The translations under genes and the position numbers were made by a program. Under the pieces are notes generated by a model. That model saw only the letters and a list, made by a program, of their open reading frames with translations, made no database searches and had not been told where the DNA came from. From the NCBI GenBank assembly GCA_002269645.1, contig NIVC01003649.1:1-64000 (forward strand): a stretch of DNA of 64,000 bases, read 5' to 3'. Below are positions 11,101 through 23,496 of the stretch, in pieces; the stretch's first letter is position 1, and every line of letters starts with the position of its first letter. Source of the DNA: Macrostomum lignano. Lineage: Eukaryota.

Positions 11101-12464
11101 ATGATTCTAAATCTGAATTTGAACTTATATGCACAAAACAGACTTTTTAATGGTTTGAACAGTAGGCCTACCCTAATACAAACAAGTACACTTCTGACCA
11201 TTCGTTTTTGAATGTTTGACTGTTTTTGATTGACTTTGAACACAAAATATAGTTCGTTTCTAGGAATTTATTTTTCAAACTTTACCAAAATTAGGGTGCC
11301 TGTTTGTTTTTTAAAAACCCGCAACTTTTTTATAGCCATAACGCCGCATCAAATTTTGTGTGGTCTATTAAATTACAAACTTTAATTTTATAAATGTTGT
11401 TTTAAAGCTGTTTAATACTCTCAAACAGTGAAGGGAAAAGATTAGCTCTTTCCTACCGGACTCTACTATTTCTACTGTGTGGCGGCCAGACTGGTGAGCG
11501 GGACCCGCCTGTACACAGTAGGCCCCTGCACGCCTGGCTGCTGGGGAGTTTTGCCCAGCCAGCCAGTTCGATCTGACTCACACCTCCCGTTAAAGTATAA
11601 ATGACTATGCTTAAACAAATATACGCAAGAGCTTTTTGCTCGCTTGCCACTTTTAAAGCTACCACTCGCAAGCCGCTTTAACCGGATATTTTAAACGAGA
11701 GCTAAAATCTTTCATTCCTTTGACTGCGTGTGTATAGAAATGAAAACCTACATTCCCACAAGAAGAATAGGCATTTAATATGCAGTTAAAAACGAAAAGT
11801 TTTGATCTGGTAATTTTTCCTAAGACTTACTATAAGCATTGAGGGGAGGGGCAATGCAGAAAAAATCTGCCGCGTGGCAAAATGCGCTACAGGACAAAAC
11901 ATAGCGGGCAAACCAGCTCCTTCGGCGGGCAAATCGCTCGCTGGCAATTCACTCGCGGGCAAAATGCACTTCGGGGAAATCTCAGCGGGAGTATAGCTCG
12001 GCGGGCAATTCGTCTACTGGCAATTCTCATGGACCCTTGGTTCTTGCCGGTTCTGGCAGGTGGCTATAGCCGATTTGCTGCATGGAACGTGACACCCTTT
12101 GCTCTCTCTCTCTCTCGCCCATTGTTTTCGACCCGCGGCCGATTGGCCAGTCAGTCCCTCCTATCGATCCTTTAAATTCTCTCTCCTCCGCACCGCGCTG
12201 ATTGGCTGCATGGCCACTCATCCTCAACTCTCTCCCTCCTTTCTCTTTTTAGTGTTAAATTTTGCCGTCTGGCTAACCTCCTCCCCTAACCTTGGCTCGT
12301 TCGGCGACACCTCGTCGTGTGATACTGGTATTTGCTCTGAAACTGTGTGCTGTTTCTGTGCCGCCGTTTCACTGCGAAGACTCGATCGATTCATTGCGAA
12401 GATTTTATTCGGAAAATCAACAATCGAACGGCAAAATAGCTATAGCCCAGTAAATCTAGTATAG

Positions 12465-12762
12465 GCTCTACAGCTCGATCTGTGCGTCCTCTGTGAGGCC
12501 TCTGGACCCAGGCTCTACTCTGTGCGTCTTCTGTAAGGCCTCTGGACCCAGGCTCTACTCTGTGCGTCTTCTGTAAGGCCTCTGGACCCAGGCTCTACTC
12601 TGTGCGTCTTCTGTAAGGCCTCTGGACCCAGGCTCTACTCTGTGCGTCTTCTGTAAGGCCTCTGGACCCAGGCTCTACTATACCCTGTGCGTCCTGTGAC
12701 GCCACTGGACCCCGGCTCTACTCTGTGCGTCCTGTGACGCCACTGGACCTAGGCTCTACTCT
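12465..12762. repeat. 40-bp minisatellite CTCTACTCTGTGCGTCTTCTGTAAGGCCTCTGGACCCAGG, ~7 copies
   Basis: Tandem periodicity. Confidence 0.93.
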
Positions 12763-13834
12763 ATGAGCGAAATTATTGTCAGTGTGTACCAACGTCTTAC
12801 ATGTTTTTTTTATATATACATGTATCCCCAGAGCGTCCCAACGTCTGATACTGTACGAGTCGTACATACAAATTTTGTTTCGTAGTTATTCATTTTGGGA
12901 ACCCGAACTGACCCTTGTCTTTACATTACAATCAAAAGCAATGGATAGAATATTTTTAACGAAACGATTGCATCTATTTACCACAGACTACTTACAGTAG
13001 AAGGACGAGAAGGCACAATTAGTTTCGTAGAAATATTTTTACAATCGAATTTTCCAGAGAAATATAACTCCTAGTGATCATTGCCATGGTTGCGGTTGAT
13101 CTGGGCATGTCTGAGAAATTGCTTGTTTCGGCCAAATTGCATAAATAGTAATTAAATCTGTTTAATAACTTTTGCTGTAACATTCTGTTTAGCTGAAATT
13201 GGACTAATGTCGACTAGCTTGCTATCTGCAAAAATAATCTACAAAAATATTGTGCCCTAATTTTTGTTCCTGTCGAAATGACTTGCTTGTGAAGTTGGCA
13301 TTGAGTAGCGAGCGACAACTGTGCAACAGTTATAAATGCGTGGCCGAACAGATTCTTCATCCAGGAAAAATTCGACCTCATCATCGCAGAATCTTGTCGT
13401 TATTAGATTTATTTGCGGCTGTGCCTGTGCAACGTTTTGTTATTCGGTTCGGTCACTAGGAAAAATTTCATCATTCTAATCGTGTTGGCTAATCTGTGCT
13501 TCAAGTTTTCTGTCTTGCATCATGTTCAGTCGGATTCTTTCCGTTGTCTGTCCCCCGGTCACTGTCGCGTTGGTTCCAAGCATATCGCATGCCAGATTAT
13601 ATTGAAAATTAGAATATGGTCTTGTGGAGGATCGAGTGGCTCTCCTGAACCTACATGTGCAGTGACCGCATGGCAAATGGACGATGCGAGCCGGCTGATC
13701 GAGAAGAGCCAGAGAAGTCAGTTCGACTGCAGATTTCTAAAATAAATTTCTACCTCATAAAGAAATTTCATGTTGAGAATATTTTGTTTCTTGCGTTGAA
13801 AATTTTGATAAAATTGAACATACTTTGTAGATGT

Positions 13835-14438
13835 GAATGTAGTTTTAGTCAAGGTGAATACTGTTTTAGTCACGGTGAATAGCGCTATAGTCACGGTGAA
13901 TAATATTCTATTCACGGTCTACTCTAGTCACGGTAAATACTGTTCTTGTCACGGTGAACACCACTCTATCACGGTGAATGCTGTTCTAGTCACGGTGAAT
14001 ACTGTTCTAGTCGCGGTGAATAATATTCTAGTCACGGTGAATAGCGCTATAGTCACGGTGAATACTGTTCTAGTCACGGTGAATAGCGCTATAGTCACTG
14101 TGAACACTGTTCTAGTCACGGTGAATACTGTTCTAGTCACGGTAAATACTGTTCTAGTCACAGTAAATACTGTTCTAGTCACAGTAAATACTGTTCTAGT
14201 CACGGTGAATAGCGCTATAGTCACAGTAAATACTGTTCTAGTCACGGTGAATAGCGCTATAGTCACGGTGAATACTGTTCTAGTCACGGTGAATAGCGCT
14301 ATAGTCACTGTGAACACTGTTCTAGTCACGGTGAATAGCGCTATAGTCACGGTGAATACTGTTCTAGTCACGGTGAATAGCGCTATAGTCACTGTGAACA
14401 CTGTTCTAGTCACGGTGAACACCACTCTATCACGGTGA
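13835..14438. repeat. 21-bp minisatellite TCTAGTCACGGTGAATACTGT / TATAGTCACGGTGAATAGCGC variants
   Basis: Tandem periodicity. Confidence 0.93.
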
Positions 14439-15239
14439 AAGCTGTTAACCGCTGCAGTTACCCGTATCCGAAAACCATACGGTTGATAATTTGCAAGTAT
14501 TTCGCCAGAAGAACGGCCCATAAAATGAATGTCATTCGAGTTCAATAATAAATTCTCAACTTGCTGTTAGGTTATTCAATAAAACTGCCGCAAGAAACTG
14601 GGGCAGGCAGGCGCTGGCAGTGCCACCCTATCGCATGCCTCATTCAACTTACTTTGGACACCAACTGCACTCACCGAACCAGCTGCAGGAGTTCCAGGCT
14701 TTCTGCTTTGCCCCTGTAGCAACTGGGCTAGCGAAATGGCGCAGTCAACTTCCAAGGAATTTCTGGTCGTGTAATTGGGTATTCCGAACTCCCATCTCTC
14801 TCTCTCTCTCACCTCTCTTTCATGCAGTTGTTAGAATTGGCAATTGCAACCACTCACTCCGGATCCCATTTTCCCAGTTCCCGCCTACCTGGATCAGCTG
14901 TTAGCAACAAATTATCTTTCGCACTTAATGGGGAGATGGCAGCTATGAGGCTTTTTTTTAGAGAAAAGAATTCTTAAAGTCTTGGCGGGACTTCTTATAC
15001 TAGAAGAAGTTTTTAGTTACAACAATTTGCTAACAAAGATCTGCAGTTTCTGCTTTGCGTCAAGGTCCAGTTGTGTATACGTTGCTAGTCTTTGTTTTGA
15101 TCGGAAAAGATCAAAAGATTTTTTCAATAGGATAAAGAAGCAATCTAAGGAGCCAGTCGTAGTTTGTTTTGCGCAGATTTTTAATTAGCTTTTCTGAAAC
15201 TTGGTTTAGGATTGGCATGCACTTGCTAAGATAGATGGG

Positions 15240-16382
15240 TAGAGGTGGGTAGAATGGGAGACAGCGCACCCATAGACATTGGGACAGATTGGGTAGTGCA
15301 GTGTTTAGAATGGGAGACAGCGCAACCATAGACATTGGGACAGATTGGGGTAGAATGGGAGACAGCGCACCCATAGACATTGGGACAGATTGGGTAGTTC
15401 AGTGGGTAGAATGGGAGACAGCACACCCATAGACATTGGGACAGATTGGGGTAGAATGGGAGACAGCGCACCCATAGACATTGGGACAGATTGGGTAGTT
15501 CAGTGGGTAGAATGGGAGACAGCGCGCCCATAGACGTTGGGACAGATTGGGTAGTTCAGTGGGTAGAATGGGAGACAGCGCGCCCATAGACATTGGGACA
15601 GATTGGGTAGTGCAGTGGGTAGAATGGGAGACAGCGCGCCCATAGACATTGGGACAGATTGGGTAGTTCAGTGGGTAGAATGGGAGACAGCGCGCCCATA
15701 GACGTTGGGACAGATTGGGTAGTGCAGTGGGTAGAATGGGAGACAGCGCACCCATAAACATCGGGACAGATTGGGTAGTGCAGTGGGTCGAATGGGAGAC
15801 AGCGCGCCCATAGACATTGGGACAGATTGGGTAGTGCAGTGGGTAGAATGGGAGACAGCGCACCCATAAACATCGGGACAGATTGGGTAGTGCAGTGGGT
15901 AGAATGGGAGACAGCGCGCCCATAGACGTTGGGACAGATTGGGTAGTGCAGTGGGTAGAATGGGAGACAGCGCACCCATAAACATCGGGACAGATTGGGT
16001 AGTGCAGTGGGTAGAATGGGAGACAGCGCGCCCATAGACATTGGGACAGATTGGGTAGTGCAGTGGGTAGAATGGGAGACAGCGCACCCATAAACATCGG
16101 GACAGATTGGGCAGTGCAGTGGGTCGAATGGGAGACAGCGCGCCCATAGACATTGGGACAGATTGGGTAATTCAGTGGGTAGAATGGGAGACAGCGCACC
16201 CATAGACATTGGGACAGATTGGGTAATTCAGTGGGTAGAATGGGAGACAGCGCACCCATAGACATTGGGACAGATTGGGTAATTCAGTGGGTAGAATGGG
16301 AGACAGCGCACCCATAGACATTGGGACAGATTGGGTAATTCAGTGGGTAGAATGGGAGACAGCGCACCCATAGACATTGGGA
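15240..16382. repeat. 56-bp minisatellite, ~20 copies
   Basis: Unit GGGTAGAATGGGAGACAGCGCGCCCATAGACATTGGGACAGATTGGGTAGTGCAGT. Confidence 0.95.
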
Positions 16383-17082
16383 TAGAAGAATAAGAACTAT
16401 GCTTGGAATTCAAAGTGTCAATCAAGCAGGGCGGTCAATGGCCAGTAAAGGAAAATTAGGGCGAGTCCCAGACACGCAACAAGCTTAGCACTCTCTCACG
16501 CCTATTTTAACTCTTCAAAAAGCCCCGACCTCTCAGAGTTTTCGACAGTTTCCCATAGCCGCTTTGGGTTCCTTGATGATTTGGTGGTTACAGCCGGCGC
16601 AGGGTTGCCCCCACCAGGGCTGACTAACCACCCAAATTCCCTGTGACAAGGCCAAGCCAGTTGTCGCTACAGGCCCCGGCCAGGGCGACAGGCGAGACAC
16701 ACGATGAGGCCCCTCGGGCTGGGGCTGGGATACATTTGACAGGAGACAAGGCGACACGGGACCCCCCTTAACCCCTGAGCGGTGCTAAGTACCCGTGTCA
16801 ACACTGCCAAGTCCCACTGGGAACCATCGAGCATTCTTCATCATTAACTGGAGCTTCTGGCCTGCGACCTCTCCGTCACCCCCAGTATCTTCGTCCCGCT
16901 GCGCCTCCCCCTTGTCTCTTAGCCCGACCGCCCTCCGCAGTTCCGCTTGTTCGGCGTGTCGCCCAACTTCCAAGCCCTGATCCCCAAAGCAGAGAGTCTG
17001 TCGTGCTTTTTAACGCATCAACAACAGGCTCTGAAACGCCGGGTTGATGCCTAGCATAACAAGGTTGATGGCTGGCGGCCCT

Positions 17083-17703
<621 letters not shown>

Positions 17704-18164
17704 ACAGGCAGGCAGCTGGTTGTCAGCACAAAAGTACACACAACACTGCGGCAATTGAAATCCGCAGTTCATCCCATGGTCAGCCTCCCTTGCCTTCCAT
17801 CCGCAAATTTTGACACGCTGACCGGCCTGTCAGCGCAGTTTACAAACATCATGGGCCGTCAGCCCCGCTGTCTCAGACTCAGCCAGTGCATTCAGGCCCG
17901 CCAGATCCGCTATCAGCAGTCGGTTACTTTGCTGCACCGGCATGGCGCTGGGAAATCGCTGCTTTCAATCTCATTCAGCTGCCGCGTTTCAAGTGAATGA
18001 AAAGTTTATAGAGGCCGCGATCCTCAGCCAGTGCTTGTCTATAAGATTATAGACTCCTTTCAGAAAGATTCGTTATTGTGATGCCTTGACAACAAGAAAT
18101 TGAATTTTTTGTTTTAATGACATAAGGAGTTGAAAAGAGGGAAAATAAATGTATTTGAATAGAG

Positions 18165-18740
18165 GATTAGAATTACAATGTAATTTAATCGAGGAGAATT
18201 AGAATCTAGTTTAATCGAGGAGAATTACAATGTTATTTAATCGAGGAGAATTAGAATCTAGTTTAATCGAGGAGAATTACAATCTAGTTTAATCGAGGAG
18301 AATTAGAATCTAGTTTAATCGAGGGGAATTACAATCTAGTTTAATTGAGGAGAATTACAATCTAGTTTAATCGAGGAGAATTACAATCTAGTTTAATCGA
18401 GGAGAATTAGAATCTAGGTAAATTGAGGAGAATTACAATCTAGTTTAATCGAGGAGAATTAGAATCTAGGTAAATTGAGGAGAATTACAATCTAGTTTAA
18501 TCGAGGAGAATTAGAATCTAGTTTAATCGAGGGGAATTACAATCTAGTTTAATTGAGGAGAATTACAATCTAGTTTAATCGAGGAGAATTACAATCTAGT
18601 TTAATCGAGGAGAATTACAATCTAGTTTAATTGAGGAGAATTACAATCTAGTTTAATCGAGGAGAATTACAATCTAGTTTAATCGAGGAGAATTACAATC
18701 TAGTTTAATCGAGGGGAATGAATTACAATCTAGTTAATCA
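18165..18740. repeat. 26-bp minisatellite GAGGAGAATTACAATCTAGTTTAATC, ~22 copies
   Basis: Tandem periodicity. Confidence 0.95.
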
Positions 18741-18747
18741 ATTGGAT

Positions 18748-18941
18748 TGTAGTCTGGCTTGTTGGTGCGCGTGCACTTAGATGTGCACGTCTGGCTGGTT
18801 TGGGGGTTGGGGTTTAGCGCTGCGGCGTGTGCGTGCTTAGGGTGGTTACACCCACCCCAACTTTGGCAATAAATATATTGGCGTGAGCCAGTGAGGTCTC
18901 CTCACGTTTTGATTCTCTGCAATTCAACCCACGGTCTTACA
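18748..18941 (+). repeat. 5' LTR (194 bp)
   Basis: Identical to 23497-23690 by eye; AATAAA at 18868. Confidence 0.97.
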
Positions 18942-18942
18942 C

Positions 18943-18955
18943 TGGTGGCAGCGGT
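18943..18955 (+). promoter_or_regulatory. Primer binding site TGGTGGCAGCGGT, probably tRNA-Leu
   Basis: Lies 1 nt after the 5' LTR. Complementary to ...ACCGCTGCCACCA, the 3' end of animal tRNA-Leu(AAG/TAG) as I recall it. Confidence 0.8.
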
Positions 18956-18961
18956 CTCAGT

Positions 18962-19756
18962 ATGGCCAAATCAGAGCAAGCCAGTTTATTGCCTCCAAAG
19001 TTCAGCGGCGACTCCAACGTGAGAATGTGGCTAAGCACGTTTGAGGACTTCGCCGACGACTGCGAATGGGACGACAAGAAGAAGGCAAAGAAGCTGAGAC
19101 TGCTGGTGACAGGAGAAGCGCAAATCTTCGTCTGGGAGCAGCCGGCAGACGTGTCAGCCAGCTATGAAAGGCTGAAGGAGAAGCTGATCGAGTGCTTCGG
19201 CAACAGTCTGAGCTGCTACAGAGCAATGGAGGAGTTTGAAGAGCGAAAGCGACAGCCCAACGAGTCGCTGAGGGAGCTCGCTTACAGCCTGAAGCTTCTC
19301 CACCTTCGGGCCCGCCCGGACGACTCCGTGGCGGCTCGGGAAAAGGACGTGAAGTTTCGTCTGATGCGCCTCCTGCCATCTGCCGTGAGAGATGCGCTGT
19401 TGAAGGACCAGGACGCGGACTCGTGTTCGCTGGCCGCCATCGTCGACAGAGCTGCGCAGCTTGAGCTGGTGAGCCACGCAACTACAGCCTCATCAGCCGC
19501 GGTGTCGGTAGAAGACAGACGGCTGAGCCAGCTGGAGCAGCAGATGCAGCAGCTGACAGCCAGCGTGCGAACGGGACCACCCGGAAGAGACAGGCGTCAG
19601 AAGGGACCCATTAAGTGCTTCAGCTGCGGCGAGCCGGGTCACATTGCTAGGCGGTGCCCAAAGGCGATCGGCAGCCGCTGCAGCCGGTGCTCAGGCAAGG
19701 GTCACTCCGCCGCGGTGTGCCCGACACCAACTGGTCAGCCGCAGGGAAACTTCTGA
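18962..19756 (+). CDS. gag: Gypsy Gag, 264 aa, with two CCHC zinc knuckles
   Basis: CFSCGEPGHIARRC and CSRCSGKGHSAAVC; retrotransposon-gag-like N-terminus. Confidence 0.95.
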   Translation: MAKSEQASLLPPKFSGDSNVRMWLSTFEDFADDCEWDDKKKAKKLRLLVTGEAQIFVWEQPADVSASYERLKEKLIECFGNSLSCYRAMEEFEERKRQPNESLRELAYSLKLLHLRARPDDSVAAREKDVKFRLMRLLPSAVRDALLKDQDADSCSLAAIVDRAAQLELVSHATTASSAAVSVEDRRLSQLEQQMQQLTASVRTGPPGRDRRQKGPIKCFSCGEPGHIARRCPKAIGSRCSRCSGKGHSAAVCPTPTGQPQGNF

Positions 19757-22700
19757 GGGTCGGCAGCCTGGGGCCAGCACCGACCCGCTCAAAAGGGGCC
19801 CTCAGATCAGCGCTTTCAGTCTTCGTGAAGGTGCACTTTGGCAGCGTGTCAGCGCCTGCTCTGCTCGACACCGGCGCGCAAGTTTCGTTGATGGACAAGT
19901 CACTGTTCGACAGACTGCAGTGCAAGATCGACTCCACCGACATCGGTGCGCTGCCGACGGCTGTCGACGGATCCCGGCTGCGCTGCCTTGGCCTGTCAGC
20001 AGCGGATGTTTCGATCGGCCAGACCATCCGCGTGCGCCATCGCTTCACAGTCGTGGACGGCATCCAGCCCAGCCTGATCATCGGCATGGACTTCATTGGC
20101 GAGGTGTCGCAGGCGATGACCATTGACATTAAAGAAGGCGTCGTCAGGTTCGACGGCACAGCTGTGCCTTTCAGCAGCGAGCCGGCTCGAGCAGATTGTC
20201 GCCTGGTGCCGAGTGTCCTGGTGGCGCGTGTGGCGGCAACTACGGAGCTGCCCGCCCGCAGCGAGAAGCTGGTGTGGCTCAAGGTGGATTCCAGCGGCGA
20301 GCAGGGAGTCTTTGAGCCGTCTGAGGACTTCGTGAAGTCCACTGCCGTCCTGCCGGGCCGCGTGCTGGCGGTCTCGGACGACTGCCGCATCCCGGTGAAA
20401 ATGTGCAACCTTGCAGAGGAGCCCGTGCTGCTGTACGCCAACAAGGCGGTCGGCACGTTCGAAGGCGCGATGACAGACGGGGACGGTCGCCAGGAGGCGG
20501 CCCAGGAGAACCCCGTCGGTTGGAACATCAACGCGGAGCTGCCCGAACCGGATGCTGCGAGGCTGCGACAGCTGTTGGAGAGCAACGAGGACCTGTTCGC
20601 CAGGCACGAGTACGACCTGGGCACGACGGCGTTGCTGCAGCACCAAATCGAGCTGGAGCCGGGAGCGCGGCCACACCGGCAGGTCCAGCGCCGGCTGCCG
20701 CTGTCTGTGCGAGACCAGGTGGACAAGAAGATCGGTCAGATGCTGGAAAGCGGCATCATCGAACCGTCGACATCGCCATGGGCCAGCAACCTGCTGGTGG
20801 TCCGCAAGAAGAACGGCGACATCAGACTGTGCACGGACTGGCGGCAGCTCAACGCCTGCACGGTCAAGGATGCATACCCGCTGCCGCACCTGCAGCAGGC
20901 CATGGATGCGCTGGTCGGATGCTCCTGGTTCTCCACCATCGACTGCCGGCAGGGCTACCACCAGGTGGAGGTGGCGGAGGAGGACCGGTACAAGACGGCT
21001 TTCTATTCGACGCGCGGCCTGATGCAATTCTGCAAGATGGGCTTCGGGATGTGCAATGCCCCGGCGACGTTCCAGCGGCTCATGGAGCTGGTGATGTCCG
21101 GCCTGTCCTGGGAGTCCGTGCTGACTTATATCGACGACATCATTGTCTTCAGCAGGACGTTCGACGAGCACTTAGAGAGGCTGGCGGAAGTTTTTAAGCG
21201 GCTGCGAGACGCGGGACTCAAGCTGCACAAGGCCAAGAGCGCGTTCGGCCATCGCCGGGTGCTGTACCTGGGACACCTGATCAGCGAGCAGGGCATCGCA
21301 CCGGATCCCGGCAAGGTCGAGGCCATTCGCAGCATGCCCAGCCCAACGACGAACGAGGAGGTGAAGCGGTTTCTTGGAATGCTGGGTTTCTACCGCCGGT
21401 TCATCCCAGGCTTCAGCCAGACGGCGAGGGTCCTGCACGACGTCAGCGTGAAATCGAGGGACTTCGCGTGGAGCAGCGACTGCGAGCGAGCGTTCCGCGA
21501 GTTGAAGGACCGGCTGACGACAGCTCCGGTGCTGAGACTGCCAGATTTCACCAAGCAGTTTGTGCTCAGCTGCGACAGCAGTCAGTTCGCCGTCGGCGCG
21601 GTGCTCAGCCAGCTGCACGGTGACGCCGAGCTGCCTGTGGCGTTCGCCTCTCGCACCCTCAACAAGGCCGAGCGCAACTACTCGGCGACCGACCGCGAGC
21701 TGCTGGCGCTTGTCTGGAGTTTGAAGCACTTCAGGACGTACCTGCTGAGTGTTCCGAGCTTCAGAGTCTACTCGGACCACCGGCCACTGCAAGGTCTGCT
21801 GGCAACGAAGGACCCCGAAGGTCGGCTGGCGCGATGGCTTTCTACGCTGCAGCAGTTTTCGTTCGAGCTGCTGTACCGGCCTGGCATGGACAACGTCGTG
21901 CCGGATGCGCTGAGCCGGGTGGCCGGCACGCGCCTGCAGCCTCGGTGGGACGACAGCCGCCTGCACGAGGAGCAACTGCAAGATCCGCTGCTGAGCAAGG
22001 CGTTCCAGGCGCTGACCGAAGGGATTGACAGCCTGTCCGATTCATGGGCGGCGCAGGTTCGCGAGCTGCTGGACGAGGCCTCGGTGAGCTCGGCGGGAGT
22101 CCTGCTGGTCGGTGGCCGGCCAGTCATTCCCGGTCACCTGCGGCCACATTTCCTGCAGCAGGCGCACTCGTGTGACCAGAGCGGACACCTCGGCGTCGAC
22201 AAGACCGGAGCGAGATTGTCTGAGCGCTGCTGGTGGCCTGGTCTGCGACGGGACGTCGAGAACTGGGTGGCCAGCTGTGCGGTCTGCCTGGCCAAGAAGA
22301 GTCCAACCAAGCCGCAGAAGGCGCCGCTACAGTCGACGTGCCAGCCGACGGCTCCGTGGCAGCTGGTGCAGATCGACATCAAAGGGCCGCTTCCGCGTAC
22401 GACTGATGGCAAGGCGTACATCCTGAGCATGTGCGACGCCTTCTCCAAGTGGATGGAGACGGCAGCCCTGGCGGCGATCGACGCGGTTACGGTGGCGGAT
22501 GCGCTGCTCAAGTCGGTGGTTCTGCGTCACGGCGCTCCTCAGGTGCTGCACAGTGACCAGGGACGGCAATTCGAGAGCGAGGTGTTCGGCCGGCTCTGCG
22601 AGAAGCTGGGCGTCGAAAAGACGCGCACGTCGCCGTTTCATCCGAGCGGCAACGGAATCGTCGAGCGAGGCAACCGGACGCTCGGCGATATGCTGGCGAC

Positions 22701-23460
22701 GACGGTGGCCGAGAACCAGCAGGATTGGGACAGCAAGCTGCCATATGTGACCTGGGCCTACAACACCTCCGTGCACAGCACCATCGGCCTCAGTCCGTAC
22801 CAGGTCCTCCACGGCTGGCCACCGAGGCTGGATCTCGACAGCTGGCTGATAAGCGGCGACCGGCCGGCAGCCGACGGTGGACATCACGGCTTCCTGCGGC
22901 GGACTCAGGAGAACCTGCAGAGCGCCTTCGACACGGTGCACGGCCGACTGCGGAGCGCCCAGGCCGAGCGCAACCGGCTGGCCAACCAGGACTCTCGGTT
23001 TGTGCCGTTCGAAGAGGGCCAGCTCGTGATGCTGCGCAACTCCGTCGTCAAGCGCGGCCAGACGCGGTGTTTGAGCGCCAAGTGGAAGGGGCCGTACCGA
23101 GTCCTGAGGCGCCTGGGCGAGGTCAATTACCGCATCCAGGACGAGACCGGCCGCAGGCGCCGGCTGGTGGTGCACCACGACCGCCTCAAGTGCTTCGTGC
23201 AGCGGCGGGCGTCACTGGAGCTTCCGGCCGCAGCAGACCACCAGCCGCCGGCCGCCGACTTCGACAACGACGGCACCGTCGCTGAGCCGCCCGGACAGGC
23301 GGCCGATCCTGGCGGCGACGCGGTGACCTTCTGGCCCGAGCTGCAGGCAGACGAGGCACCCGAGGAGCAGCCGGCGGCACCGGCCGAGCCGGTCACGGTT
23401 CCGCGGCGGTCGGCGAGAGAGCGGCGGCCACCTGACTTGTACATGGCGGGCTTTGCTTGA
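19654..23460 (+). CDS. pol: Gypsy Pol (protease, RT, RNase H, integrase) in the -1 frame relative to gag; probably expressed by frameshift at 19744-19750
   Basis: LLDTGA; KDAYPLP; YIDDII; CDSSQFAVGAVLSQ; H..GHLG...CAVC zinc motif; QIDIKGP / HSDQG / VERGNRTL DDE core; KWKGPY. Confidence 0.97.
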   Translation: MPKGDRQPLQPVLRQGSLRRGVPDTNWSAAGKLLRVGSLGPAPTRSKGALRSALSVFVKVHFGSVSAPALLDTGAQVSLMDKSLFDRLQCKIDSTDIGALPTAVDGSRLRCLGLSAADVSIGQTIRVRHRFTVVDGIQPSLIIGMDFIGEVSQAMTIDIKEGVVRFDGTAVPFSSEPARADCRLVPSVLVARVAATTELPARSEKLVWLKVDSSGEQGVFEPSEDFVKSTAVLPGRVLAVSDDCRIPVKMCNLAEEPVLLYANKAVGTFEGAMTDGDGRQEAAQENPVGWNINAELPEPDAARLRQLLESNEDLFARHEYDLGTTALLQHQIELEPGARPHRQVQRRLPLSVRDQVDKKIGQMLESGIIEPSTSPWASNLLVVRKKNGDIRLCTDWRQLNACTVKDAYPLPHLQQAMDALVGCSWFSTIDCRQGYHQVEVAEEDRYKTAFYSTRGLMQFCKMGFGMCNAPATFQRLMELVMSGLSWESVLTYIDDIIVFSRTFDEHLERLAEVFKRLRDAGLKLHKAKSAFGHRRVLYLGHLISEQGIAPDPGKVEAIRSMPSPTTNEEVKRFLGMLGFYRRFIPGFSQTARVLHDVSVKSRDFAWSSDCERAFRELKDRLTTAPVLRLPDFTKQFVLSCDSSQFAVGAVLSQLHGDAELPVAFASRTLNKAERNYSATDRELLALVWSLKHFRTYLLSVPSFRVYSDHRPLQGLLATKDPEGRLARWLSTLQQFSFELLYRPGMDNVVPDALSRVAGTRLQPRWDDSRLHEEQLQDPLLSKAFQALTEGIDSLSDSWAAQVRELLDEASVSSAGVLLVGGRPVIPGHLRPHFLQQAHSCDQSGHLGVDKTGARLSERCWWPGLRRDVENWVASCAVCLAKKSPTKPQKAPLQSTCQPTAPWQLVQIDIKGPLPRTTDGKAYILSMCDAFSKWMETAALAAIDAVTVADALLKSVVLRHGAPQVLHSDQGRQFESEVFGRLCEKLGVEKTRTSPFHPSGNGIVERGNRTLGDMLATTVAENQQDWDSKLPYVTWAYNTSVHSTIGLSPYQVLHGWPPRLDLDSWLISGDRPAADGGHHGFLRRTQENLQSAFDTVHGRLRSAQAERNRLANQDSRFVPFEEGQLVMLRNSVVKRGQTRCLSAKWKGPYRVLRRLGEVNYRIQDETGRRRRLVVHHDRLKCFVQRRASLELPAAADHQPPAADFDNDGTVAEPPGQAADPGGDAVTFWPELQADEAPEEQPAAPAEPVTVPRRSARERRPPDLYMAGFA

Positions 23461-23483
23461 CTCTGGAACTGTCTTTTGCTTCT

Positions 23484-23496
23484 AGGGGGAAAGTAG
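23484..23496 (+). promoter_or_regulatory. Polypurine tract AGGGGGAAAGTAG
   Basis: Directly abuts the 3' LTR. Confidence 0.9.

Noticed and set aside
13250-13760. Short ORFs on both strands
   Set aside because: No domain similarity or consistent splice structure
16430-17080. GC-rich island with short ORFs (possible retroposon fragment or RPIA 5' exon)
   Set aside because: No recognisable motif in any frame and no RpiA N-terminal similarity
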